Shown here: positions 1-12,637 of the stretch, piece by piece
Layout: every line of letters starts with the position of its first letter
Position numbering within the stretch: position 1 is the stretch's first letter
Source: Spironucleus salmonicida
Lineage: Eukaryota
Reading direction: 5' to 3'
Length of the DNA stretch: 64,000 bases
NCBI RefSeq assembly: GCF_000497125.1
Contig: NC_090600.1
Coordinates: 951,197-1,015,196, forward strand
Notes under the pieces: generated by a model
Told to the model about the DNA's origin: nothing
Seen by the model: only the letters and a program-made list of their open reading frames with translations
The model's database searches: none
Made by a program: the position numbers and the translations under genes

Positions 1-3000
1 ATAATCTCCGGAACTGTCTTTCCGCATGCGGTAGATGACGCCTACAGGCAGTACCCACCCAGCAGCGAGAAGATGTCCTCGCACCGGAAGCAGTTGTGGG
101 AGAGTGCGTGCCCTAGTGAGCAGGAACCACACTAAATAGAGTCGCCCGAGTAGAAGCAGCTCCCCTGGGTGCAGTCGGCGCACGGTATCAGGCACCGGTT
201 GACGCCGATGACGACCAGCTCGTCAGCGGGCAGTATGTTGGAGCTGGTGTAACCGGGCTGGCAGTCGTTGCACTCGCCAGAAACATCGATTTGGTACCCA
301 AGCGAGCATGTGGTGCACAGCGGCATGGCGTAGTTGTACTGGCACTCCTGGCAAAAGCTGTCTAGCGAGTCGACCGCGTTCGTGAAGCAGACCCCAGTGG
401 CCACGTCGTTCCGGTAGTAGCAGCTTCCCTCCCTTTCCAGTTCTGAGCACTCATCGCATGAGGGACCCGCGTACCCCTTGTAGCAGCTGCACATTACTTA
501 TCCCTGGAGGGTGAAACAGTCGCCGTTGGGGTTAGGGATCGGCGGGTAGCACTTGTTCTCGTGGAGAATGAAGCCGAGGTAACAGCTGCTGCAGAAGTAC
601 GAGGGTCCCTGGTCGTAACACTCTCCAGCGCACTCCGGAAGTACGCACCTCGCCAGACACTGCTGACCCACGAGGACCTTCCCCGGGAGGCAGGAGGCGC
701 AAACCAGTGTTCCAGCCCCGTTGCGGTAACACCCGTCGTCGGTCACCTGCACCTAGCACGCACCACCTGCGAAGATAAATCCGTCGATGCAGGCATCGCA
801 CTGTTAGCCTGTAAACGAGCCGACGCAGCTGGAGCACCGGATGCCGCCAGGAGTGTAGAAGCAGGTCCCCGCTGCACACGTAATGCACGGCTTTAGGCAC
901 CCGCCTAGGGCCGCCACAAACCCGTTAGCAGCATCGCAGACCAAGCACCCATCCCCCGTGTATCCTGGAAGGCAGAACCCCGCACATATCAGGCGCCCGG
1001 ACGCATCAACGTAGCACCGGTCTCCCTGGCATTTTTCGCAAAGCTCCAAGCACTCGGCCCCAATGTTTATGAAGCCGGCCCAGCACCCCTGACAAGACGG
1101 ACCCTGGAAATTATCTTTGCACGACGAGCAGACGATGCTACCGTTCTCGTAAAAGCAGTCTCCATTGCAGCCGTCGCATCTCACCAGGCACTGACCCAAG
1201 AAGCTACCGGTCCCCGCTTAGCACGAGTCGCACTGCTTTCCAACCGCATATTGGTTGCAGCGGCAGGTCTAGTCGTGCTGGCAAATCCCGTTAATGCAAT
1301 TAGTTGGGAGGCACTGAAAAATACACTGAGCCCCAACAAGGAGATAATCCTGCGCGCACGAAAAGCAAATGGTCTCCAGAGCTATTTTGATGCATTTGCC
1401 ATGTTCTATTTTCTCATCTTCAAGATTATGGCAAACCTCTCCATATAACCATTTATCCGCTGGACACTCATCGCACCTATTTCCAGCAATGCCTGCATTG
1501 CATGAAAAGCACTTAATGTCACATTTATCTGGAGGTAGCATGCATTCCTAGAGATAATAGCAGTCGCCAGTTAGGCATTCTGCACATTTTTTCAAGCAGA
1601 GCTCGCCATCTGCCTTAAAACCTGAATCACATTCCTGGCATTTGGGCGCTTTCCAGCCGATCTTACATGCAGAACATTCCCATTCACCACCATTACCGCT
1701 TAAATACACGCACCCAGCACCTTACGCGCATGCTCCGGCCAGGCAGACATTTTTACAGCCTTTATCGCTGCTTTTCGTACAGAACTGACAGCTTATTCCA
1801 CCGAAGTGATCTCCACAGTGGCAATCCCCGTCCTCGCATCGATTGCCATTACATTCCTGAGAATTTTTACATACAAAACCATCGCAAATACCGTCAATAC
1901 TGAAATAGCCATCAGAACAAACACAAAAGTTGTCAAGGACTTATCCATGGAAGCACTGAGATTTTTAATCTCCAATACAGGTTGCAAATCCTGTGCTCGC
2001 ATCGCAACTAGTAGCCCCACCAATGCAGAAGGTGCAAAGGTCAATCTCACATTTATCACCGGAATAACCTGGTCTGCAAACACACCCAAAAATAGCACTA
2101 CATGTACTACCTTTATTGCAAAAATCTGGAGGACATGTGTGGGTTTCGCAGTTCTTCCCACTGTAGTCTTAGTTACAAGTTAAAATTTTGCCATCGAAGA
2201 TGCCGTGGCATTCACTATAACAAAGATTTTCTTGATTTTTAATATTTATTTGGACGCGTAGTAGTTCTTGTTGGATGAATGGTGGGATCTCAGGACTGGC
2301 GAGCTCCGCGAGGGAGGCTATTGAAACAGCAAAAAAATCTTATAGGCGCACCATACCATCATTGCGGAAATCGACTATCCACTTTCCAGTTTTTAATAGT
2401 TTGGTGACACCGGGACCTGATTACATTTCTGCTTTGCTGATTTATTGAGGGCTACTGATTTTCCGTTAACTATCAGAATATAAACGTTTATCATATTGCT
2501 GTTTCGCTCGGTGGATATGATAGGTACATCGCTTTAACAGAATATCTCTGACGACTACTCAACAAAATTGATTATTTCATTATCTTGCGCTTCCTTTATC
2601 AGTAACACACATTTTTTGTTATTAGGGCTTATTAGTTTGAAATTGACAAGCATGTTAATAAAAAATGATTTTTGCGCAGTTTGTGAAATTCCATTTATTA
2701 TCCCTTATTATTTAAGCTAATTTAACCACAAATAACCGCGAAGTTGAAGCTTATTTATTATATAAGGTCGGATATTCCGCTAAATTTATCAATTGAGACT
2801 TAACTAATTTCAATATTATTCTAAATAATAATATGGTCAATGTTTGCCTTTATCATATCTTATGCCAAGCCGAATATAACACTTTTTTCTACATTTACCC
2901 CATCTGATATAGTAATAAAATTGCAAAATGACATATTTAACATAAACATAGCTTCAATTTTTAGACTTAATGGATAATAATTTACAGCAGAGGCTGCATA

Positions 3001-4218
3001 ACTTAAATGTGTATTGCAATTGAACGAAATGTTTGTAAATTTGCAGTTTGTTATTAATTTGCCCATCCCATAATTGCTGAAACTTCCATTTGTAGATCCA
3101 CTAATAGATAAGTTTAGAGATACCATTGAAATTGTTACTTCATCTAAACTATTGAAAAAATAAGCTATCTATTGAGACTTGCATTTTTCCATCTCTAACG
3201 TAGAATTTATTGAAACAAAACTTACCTAAATATTTTTAACATTACTTTCTGCTAAAAGGATTGCTATAAATGGTGTATCAGTCATAGTTAGGGATGACTA
3301 TATTGCAATATTTGAAATATCTGCATTTTCTTCCACTATTTAGGATAACTATGTTATTTTAGTGGCTGTTTTAGAGTTTGACTGTAAGTCTATTGTTATT
3401 TTCAAGTTCTTAAGATTTCCAATTAGCTGCTGGCAAATACTAAAAATAGTAGTATGGGTTAAAGCAGAACTAGTGCTAATGAAAATCATTATTTCAGATT
3501 TACTTATAGTTTTTGTGATTTAAGAAAATCCATAGATTAGTGAAATTTCTCGCCCAAAAATTTTAACATTAATATTTAATAAATCAACAAATGTTTACAT
3601 TGATACTCCATAAATTTATGTCGTTTCCATGGCAGTAATTATTACAGAAACTGGAAAAGCACCCATAAGGTCTTAGCAGATTCCAAAAATTGTAGATGCC
3701 ATAATAATACGTATATTAACTGATAATGATGTAGATTTTAGACTTTAAATACTATTTGATATACCATATACGTTATATTGTGTTTTCAATAAAGGAGTAC
3801 ATATAATAGAGAAATCGCAGCTTCTGAATTAAGATTCTATAACTTAAGTAAAAAATGTGATCTCGGCTAGATTAGTAATTTTATCACTTTGAATTTTGAA
3901 AGAAGTGTCTTAAAATGAAGCTGTACTGAGTTGTTCCATAACACGGAAAGAATCTAAGATATCAATTTCTACAGAGATTCTTATATTACTAAGAATCCCA
4001 GTAAACTTTTAAATTAACATGCCACCTCCTGGTATACTTAAAATTGTAAGTGTATTTCTAGCTCCTGAAAGAGTTCCGTTAAAAAAATTAACTATGGGTG
4101 AGCTGAAAATTGTTAGACTGATATCTTTTTCTATAACAAAATTATCATTTTACATAGTATTAAGTTGATAAAAACCATCGCCGTCAGAAAGTATAATCAA
4201 ACTAAAAATAACTAGCAT
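1..4218 (-). pseudogene. Copy 1 of the giant cysteine-rich membrane protein gene; 3' part outside the window, frameshifted relative to copy 2
   Basis: ATG at 4218 (MLVIFSLIILSDGDGF...). Single-base deletions relative to copy 2 near 22, 2465 and 2718 break the frame. They could be assembly errors. Confidence 0.7.
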
Positions 4219-6465
4219 TTTCTATTTCAGTTTAATTATGTTGATAATATCCATTTATTGATTATTGCAAATTAATTAAACTATAAAGAAAATTTAAGAT
4301 ACTATTATTATTGCATATTAGAAAATTTTATAACTTATAGATTTATTATAGAGTTGAATAATAATTAATATGTATTTAAGACTCTTTTTATTATTGATAA
4401 TATAATTAAATATAAATTATTTATAGGCTAGCATATACAATTATTTTTGAATTATAGAATAATACTTATATAATAGCTTAAGTTTATTTTTATTTTTATA
4501 ATTATACACATATATTCAATTATTTCATACTTACATAAAATCAAGTATAAAATTATTATTAACTAATAAATAATTATAGATTCTAGATATTTATATTTAT
4601 TAAGAAAAGTATACTTACCATACCAAATATAATTTAATTCTAAGAGCTCTATATAAGTAAATAAGATATAATAATATTTATTTAGAAGTAATATCTTAAT
4701 AGTTTATATAAATTTATATCAACTAAACATTATAATACAGTAATATATATTATTGTTAATTATCAAATATTATAATAAGACAAACAATGATTATTTTATT
4801 AATTATTCGTCATGTTAAAATTTCAAGATTATACATCAAGCTATATAATTTCACATGCGATACAACAAATTTAGTCGCCTTCTGCATAGTTGTAGATTCT
4901 AATAGCCAAGACAATAATTTATTAATTTGATATGCAAATTCATTTATGTAGTTTTAATTAAAAATAGCTAATTCTATTGAAATAATACTTTAAATCACCA
5001 AATATCGAGTACGACATAATCTAGCAAATTTTAACATTCACCTCTTGATCCGCTACAATATTTAGGAATATGCCACTTATCAAAAGTCTGCATACGAGTC
5101 TTCAAGCAGATCACAACAGATATTCGTTCTTATATGTAATGAATCATCTCTATTTTAAGATCTGACTTCAAAAATTCTTGATTTGTGCACCATTGGATTT
5201 ATAGGCGATAACATAACTTCAATATATGAATTTGTCTAGCGCAGTGCATGTTTTGACTGATGAATGCTTCAGAAATAACTATCTTGTTGCTAGCTTCTTA
5301 ATTTTTCATGTTGCCGATAAAGTAATGCTACCAAATATATTGTGTAAGCATATTTTGTGCAAAATCCACAGAATTCTCCAGTCTTCCACACGCAGCTTAA
5401 ATTCGCTCTACGATCTCTTATTGACAGTAATTTCTATGCCTAAACATAGATCTATCAATAATCTAAGCCACGAATACCAACCAATGCCATATTGCGCTAT
5501 CTTGCAATGAATAAAATTGACTCTATCACCAACTACTCGTATTGCTCCAATATCAACCAAATGCCCTAATAACGCACACAACTCTTCACAGCAAGAAATC
5601 CGCAATAATTCCTATAACTTTCCTAATTACCACTCCAGAAACTAAAACTGAATTCTGTACAATTGATTATATTACTTAAAATTAGCTAATTTTCCACTCC
5701 TAAACTGTATTTTTCAGTATTTTTTTCGCGCTGGCCCCCGAAACGAAGCTGGAAAGTCCAAATTCAGTGAATTTCAGACCGTCTGAAACCAATTTTCCTG
5801 ATTGTAAAACGCGAAATTAAGTGCCCAAATCCAAACATGTTCAAAACGCAATGTGACGTTTATTTCGACATTCGAATGCGAGTTATGGACATAATGGGAT
5901 ATGATGTTCGTTTTGCAGAAATTTTGACGATTTACCTTACAAAATTGATTAGAAATGTCCCAGAATTGGTCCATAAACTTGAATATCCTCGCTAAAATCA
6001 ACTTTCAGCGCTGGAAGTTTTGCGGAAATTAGGCGGTCGGGAGAGCTGTTTTCGGAGTGAAGACAACCTCTATAGTAGTTTTTAGAGTCTTTCAAGACAT
6101 AGCTGGTGAAAAATGCAGAATTTCGGCACAAAATAACCTTTGAAACAGCTGCGCAAGTTAGTTTTCGCAGTGAGCAGAGGCTCATAGCGTCTTGCAATTT
6201 GCGTCCCTTGCAATTCGCATTCTAAGCCAATACGTGCGGGTTAAATTGGTATTGGGAGCATTTGCGGCCTAAAACGTCTATCGCTGTACCGCACCATTTG
6301 CGAGCCTTTATGAGTAAAAGTCGCAACAAAATGATGCGTTCTGAATATGCTAAACGAGTAAATGGTGAGTCCGGTCAGTGCTCAAAACCAGAGACTTTGG
6401 GGCTAAAAACCAGCAACTGGGAGTCCCCAAGAATGCAAAATTTTCGTTTAGGTTCATATGGTGAT

Positions 6466-6985
6466 TTAAATCGTTTAAAATTTAATTTTTAAATCGTTAA
6501 AACCTCTAATTTAATCCCTTAAAGGATGTAATTTGAATTTTTAAAACAATTAAAGACGTAAATTTCAATCGTTAAAGATTCTATTTATATATCTTACGGG
6601 TTCTAATTTAAATCACTTAAATTGCTCTAATTTTAATTTCTTAAATACTTTAACCCATACCTTTAAATACTTTAATCCATACCATTAAAGGCTCTAATTT
6701 GTATTGCTTAAATGCTGTAATTCCAATCAATTAAAAGCTGCAACTTAAACCCTTAAATACTTCAATTTGAATGAATAAACGGCGATAATTCAAATAACTT
6801 AAATCGCTCTAAGTTGAATTGCTTAAATATTCTAATTTAACTGTTTAAAGGTTCTAATTTGAATGACGTAAAGTCTTTAATTTAATCTTTAAAGGCGTAA
6901 ATTGTAATTAATTAAAGACGTAAAATCAAACCCTTGAATACTCTAATTCCAGTCAACGTAAATGTCTCTAATTTTTAAATTTCTC
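6466..6985. repeat. Degenerate AT-rich minisatellite, ~22-24 bp unit (roughly TTAAAggcTCTAATTTGAATcgc), about 20 units
   Basis: Recurring ttaaa...taattt phasing. Copy 2 (~30180-30675) lacks one whole unit at its start. Confidence 0.75.
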
Positions 6986-8701
6986 AAATAGGTCTAATTC
7001 ACACCCCAAACGCTATTTTTTCAACCCGCTAAACCATCAAATCCGTCCATTCCACGCCCTTTAAACCCCAATTCTACCTCAAACTCCCCCAAACCATCAA
7101 AAAGTCTGCTACCAAACGATTTCTGGAACCCCGCAAATGCAATTTTCCAAACCTCTCAAAGTGCTTAAACTGCTAAAATGCACGCCAGGAGCGCGAAATT
7201 AGCCTCTAAATTTAGTGCGTTCTGAGTGGAAAATTACGCGTTTTGGAGATTTTCCAGTCAAAAAATTATGGCGAAATGCGATTTTTCTTTACTGAAAATA
7301 ACGGAAAGACCGGACGGGTAATAGCAAAATTATGAATTTTTAGCACTATTTAGAAGGTTCGAAAATGGAGAATAATTGCTGAAATCGGTGCGCGGGGGCT
7401 TCCCGTTTCGGTTTTTAGGGGTAGCGCAGGTCTGGAAGGAAATACTGATTATTATATGTTGAAATGTTAGTGTGAGATTTGGGATGGCAAATTTGGGGGA
7501 TGTAGAGAAGGTAGAATTAGGGAAGTCGTGGAATGTGGGAATGGGGTGGAAATGTAAGTTTTGTGCTTTTAAGGGTGGGAAATGGAGGTGGGGCGCGATT
7601 CTGTAGTGGGTGGTGTAATTGGGGGTGGTGAAAGATTGCGTTAATTTTAAAGTTTAGGGTGGAATTTTATGGGGGAACGAGAAGGGATTGAATAGGGGAA
7701 GTTTGTTATGAATAATAAGGAGGTTGGGGTTAATTTTGGGTTAACATTTATTGGTAGTGAATGTCTAGTAATGTGTAAAGATAATATAAATGTGCTTAAG
7801 AGTAATAATAGAAATTTATGAATTTTGGTATTTTTATATCAAGCTAATAATTGATTTTGTCATTTTTTGATGTGGGTGTTTAATTAAATACTACTCAACA
7901 GGCTAGTAGTAATAATTATGTTACAATTATATATGCTCCATTATTATTAAAACTAACTGATAAAAAGGAAAAACTCTAAGTTGAAGTGGTGATTTTGAAA
8001 ATAAAAGATTATATGGAATAAATAAGAATATTAATTTTTTCTGAGTAAACCCGTAATACTAAAATTAAAACTATTTAAAAGTGTTAAAAATATCCTTTTT
8101 AGTAAAAGGTTAATATTAATAAAATATAACACACTATTACTGACTGGATCTCTAAAATTATTAAATTTTAAAATCTATTACTTTATGTTAACCTAAATCT
8201 TTATTTATTTTGGTTAGGTAAAAACATAATTTCGTATTTTTATAGATTTTCAGATTTATATATCAGTTTAGTGCATATTATTAACATTTAAATTGTTGTG
8301 TTTTTGTTACATAAACCAAAACTAAAGTTTATATATATAAATATATTATATATAATCGTTCGAATAAGTATAATTAGAAATAATTATGATGATTATTTAA
8401 AAATTAGTTATATTTTGAGAACTGTTTAAAGTCAGTTACTCTGTCTAAAAATAATAACATGTTTTATTATACGCAATAAGATTTTATATTTAATAACTAT
8501 CTGTTTTAATAATATATACTTACCTCTGTAAGTTAGTAATATTATCATTTTATTATTTTATAAGTATATATAATATAATGTTTCTCTTCCCATTATGTTA
8601 TTATATTAATTACTTATAAATCTAATAATTGAAACTATTTAAAAACCAAAAAATTGTAATATCTATTTATATTGTTATCACAATGTACATAACAATTAAA
8701 A

Positions 8702-9629
8702 ATGATCGTTGTTGTAAAATGTACGGAATCTAAAAATACGTGCCCTGTAGACAATTTTGCCCAGCACCGCCGAAGAGGAAATGGAATGTCTAGACTGCAC
8801 TGATGATAAAATTGAATCAACTCAAGGGTGTAATTGTGTGGAGAAAGTTGCAATTAAAAGGTGCAAGGAATGCAATGAAGGATAATGCACAAAGTGCTTC
8901 GATAAGTCATTTATGAAAGCAGATGGCTCCTGCGAAGACTGTAGTTTTAACTGTGCTACCTGTGAGACTACCTAGGATAACTGTACCTCATGTAAGGCAG
9001 GATTTATATTGGATATGTAAACAAAAATGTGTGAAAGGACCTGCAAGTCCCACAAAGAATGCACAAGCAAGAATAGTGGTTACTGTGACTTCTCAGTGGG
9101 ATAATGTAAAGCTTGCTCAGATGGTTGCCGCTCCTGTGCTTCCAAGACATTTTGTGCCTAATGTAATGACTCAGAGGGAAAACCAGTACTTACTATAGAT
9201 GGTACATGCACAGCTGCTTGTGCTGGTATTTAAGATGGAAATTACTGCAAGAACGGAACTGCCACAAAATGTGAAGGTAGCATTACTTCAGAGTGTAAAT
9301 GTGGTGAGAAAAAGAGCTGCGCTACTTGCAATACTGACAGTTCAGCTTGTGAGACATGCCTACCGAATATTACTAAAACTGCAGATGGTGACTGTAGTGA
9401 TTGTGCAGAAGGATACGAATCTGTTGGGCTCTTGTGCATATCAACATCTACATTGGAAAGTAATGGTACAAACCTTGGCGGGGGTGCAGTAGCAGGAATA
9501 GTAGTTGGAGTTCTGGTAGTTCTAGGAGCTGTTGGAGGAGGTTTGACCTACTATTTCATCAAAAAGTCAAAAACATAGAAGTTCTAAGCAGGTATGGAGG
9601 AAAGCACATCGAAATAAGCTCCAGAGTGA
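8702..9629 (+). pseudogene. CRMP1/VSP-like cysteine-rich membrane protein, copy 1 with two 1-bp deletions near the 5' end
   Basis: CxxC repeats, C-terminal TM GAVAGIVVGVLVVLGAVGGGLTYYFIKKSK, ends in AGTGA. It has gacaatttt and gcaccgcc where copy 2 has gacaaatttt and gcacccgcc. Confidence 0.75.
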
Positions 9630-10121
9630 ACATAATTTTATGGTAAACATTGAATCTCAGAATAAGAAGAATTTTGCATAAATTTAAATATAATGTATGA
9701 TTTTTACCTTACATATCTAGATAAACTTCATTATTTTATGAAATAATGGAGAATAAGTGCTAATTAAATTATCTTAAATAAAACTTTAATATAACATAAT
9801 TATAAATATAATTAATTAAACTTGCGATAAAATTTAATAAAAGGACTAAATTACGGTGTATGAATAAGTAAATACACTAAATATTATCAAATTTATCTAA
9901 TAATTATGATACATCTGATATGATAATTCAATTCACCTATGTTAAGGTAAATTAGATACTTTTTTGCATAAAACGACATTGATCCATGTGATTAATATTA
10001 TATGTTCTACATGAAATTCGATGAATCAAGGCGAGTACGAGACACTAAAAATGTTATGGGAGTTATATGGAATTTAGTTAGAAATAAGCAGAATTAGTGA
10101 TATTTCGTCGTTCCACAAGAA

Positions 10122-10388
10122 ATGAAAAACATCAGTCCAAGGCACCTCTTTATGAAGAAGTTGTCTCTTAAAGTATTACCATATATAAGGTAATAAAAAG
10201 TTAATAATGCCTCATTATCACCTGTTAGTCCTACACGATAGCATCATACACATAATATTTATAAAAATAAAAAAAGATATGACTCTCTAGATATTAGTCA
10301 AAGTAATATAACAGAATCATTAAATGATCCTTATTCAGAGAGTAGTGAAATTTCTATTTGGGTTATAGACTTTATTTTTAAATAATGA
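10122..10388 (+). CDS. Short hypothetical protein of a local small-ORF family (MKNISPRHLFMKKLSLKVLPYI...)
   Basis: Open in code 6. Homologous at protein level to the ORF starting at 36702 (SLKVLP, P(V/I)SPxR, DSLDIS). Confidence 0.45.
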
Positions 10389-12637
10389 TATTTTTGTGTG
10401 TAGTAATATTGAATATTGCTCTGAAGTGATTAAAATAGTGATAAAATACGTTACTTAATATAATTTTATTAAATAAGGCAATTCTACACTACTATCAAGT
10501 TAAATATACCTCTTTTAACTACATAGTAACATATAAATAATTATTTACCTGTTAATTGTAGTATTCATCCTGATACAACCTCAGTTTTCATTATAAAATA
10601 AATTACGTTACTACTAGGTAAACTTTACATATTAGAGTAAATAATTTTCCTTAAAGGCAAATAACACATTCCAATTTTCATAAAATGCTACTTATATTAT
10701 GCGACAGCTCAATACGGAAAAATACAAAATATCTAACAGTTAGCTAGTCTCACTTTTTAAATCCCAGACGCGGTTCATTATTATTTTAACTAATCATTAT
10801 CCTAAATTATTAACTGTATATATGTTTATTTTATATTTTATTTCTAAAAACAATACACACTAAATTAAAATTGATGCGTATACCCTTAATTTTTCATTTC
10901 TATGAAGTTAAAACGTAAATTTTAGCTAATATATAATATGAAAGCCCGATATAAATTAGCATAAACTTATAGAATAAAAAATACGTACTTTTGAATGTTA
11001 TGTTCTGCCATACTGGATTTCAACCAAACCAGAAATTTACATTGCATTATTATATATTATTATAAATATATTTTCTGAAAATCTGTTTTTAAACATTTCA
11101 CTTCGAAACATCCCAACCACAACATAAAAAACTATTTCTATTCCTTATTTTTACTATTTAGCTTGCAATCTGCTTCAAATTTACTAAAACCAATTTTTAT
11201 TATATTATATTACATTATTATACCCTAATAATTATTAAATTCCGCTCCTAATTAAATATTTTTATCACATCATCAAAAATCCCGTAGAATTCTAATCAAT
11301 TTTCATTATTATTATATCATAATATCATAGTTTCTAAAAATTTAAAACCGAATTGCACCATCAAGTTTACCATCTAAAGTTTACATTCCCCGCAATATCC
11401 AAAACTTTCCATTTCGCAATTCCTCAATTTGCAGACCATCGCCATTTTCGATTTCTACCAAATTTTCGATCTCAAATTGAGAAACAATTAGACTTTTCGC
11501 TTCCAAAACGCAAATTGCGGCCGTAACGTTAAAATGCGAATTTTAGAAAACTGAAATTGCGAAAATTCGAGCCGCCGAATGCGTTTCTCTTGTCAGCTCG
11601 AAGCTGCGCTAAAGAATTTTTCTGGGGTTCAAATTTTACTTAATTTGAATTTTGACGTCGAAATCGGAAGAATGGCGCAATTTGGCGATTTGGGGGCTTA
11701 ATGGTTTAGTTTTTGCACTATGTAATAATAATCATTATTATATCAAATTAGAGGTACTTGCTAGTTTCAAAATTTTGAGAATGGGCGAAAATTTGGTAGT
11801 TTGGGTTGAATGTGTTAAATAATGAAAAATAATGCTAGTTCACATTTTTAGAGTCATAAGGTGTTAAGGGCGCAGAAAGTAATTACTCGTATCGGATTAA
11901 TCGATTGCTTATTGAGGAAATACGTAACTTAGGGGTTGATTGCGTGAATATTTACTGTAAATGGGTTTTTGCAGCTGTTTAGCAAACTAGCTATCTTTTA
12001 AATTATTATTTCATAATATAAGTATATTATGCTCAAGAATGAGAATGAATGTTAATATTTAGTAGTGTAGTGTTTCAGTAGATATTAGCCCGTCGCTAAT
12101 CCGCAGTTTAGCAAAATGGCCTTCAAAAATTTTTCAAAACATAAATCGCAAAGCGGTTATTATTTATGAACAATTTAAAGACGAATTGCTAACGGAATCG
12201 AACGGACGAATATAGAAATTCTCTATTTCTAATCAGTAGTTGGTACGGGGAGAGCATTGCACTCTTTCACATACATCAAATTTTTTAGTATAATAAAGTA
12301 TATAAATTATATACTTTAGTAGTTAGTCAACCCGCCTAAACCCCCGAAACGGCAGTCGGCCATTTCAAAATAATTGCCATGCATTATTATATACATTCCA
12401 CAAATATTAATCGATTTAACGATATATGAACACATAGTTCAAACACATCTAAAGAGGACAAACAAGACAAAGAACCTATAGAAAGACAAGAAAGGCATTT
12501 CGAGCATTTAGAAAGGGCAAAACAAAATAGGGAAAACATAGCGAGCAGTATAAAAAAGGGAAGAAACTCGAAGATATAAATATATATCAAAAGTATTATA
12601 TATAAAAATTAAGCATCTATTTTTTAAACTATAACAA

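Larger units (their letters stand above)
1..12064. repeat. Segmental duplication copy 1 (runs off the left edge); direct repeat of 23713-35733
   Basis: Sequence and ORF track repeat at an offset of about 23.7 kb. Identity stops after ...gttaatatttagta (12064 versus 35733). Confidence 0.97.

Noticed and set aside
1793-2161. Hydrophobic membrane-protein ORF in the track (also 25506-25874)
   Set aside because: It is a shifted frame of the Cys-rich EGF-like coding sequence.
4812-5640. Possible gene between the giant gene and the CpG-rich region (also ~28525-29350)
   Set aside because: The frames I tried are interrupted by TGA, the copies differ by indels, and no motif is recognisable. At most a decayed remnant.
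6466-6985. CRISPR array
   Set aside because: Units are contiguous degenerate repeats without unique spacers, there are no cas genes, and the context is eukaryotic.
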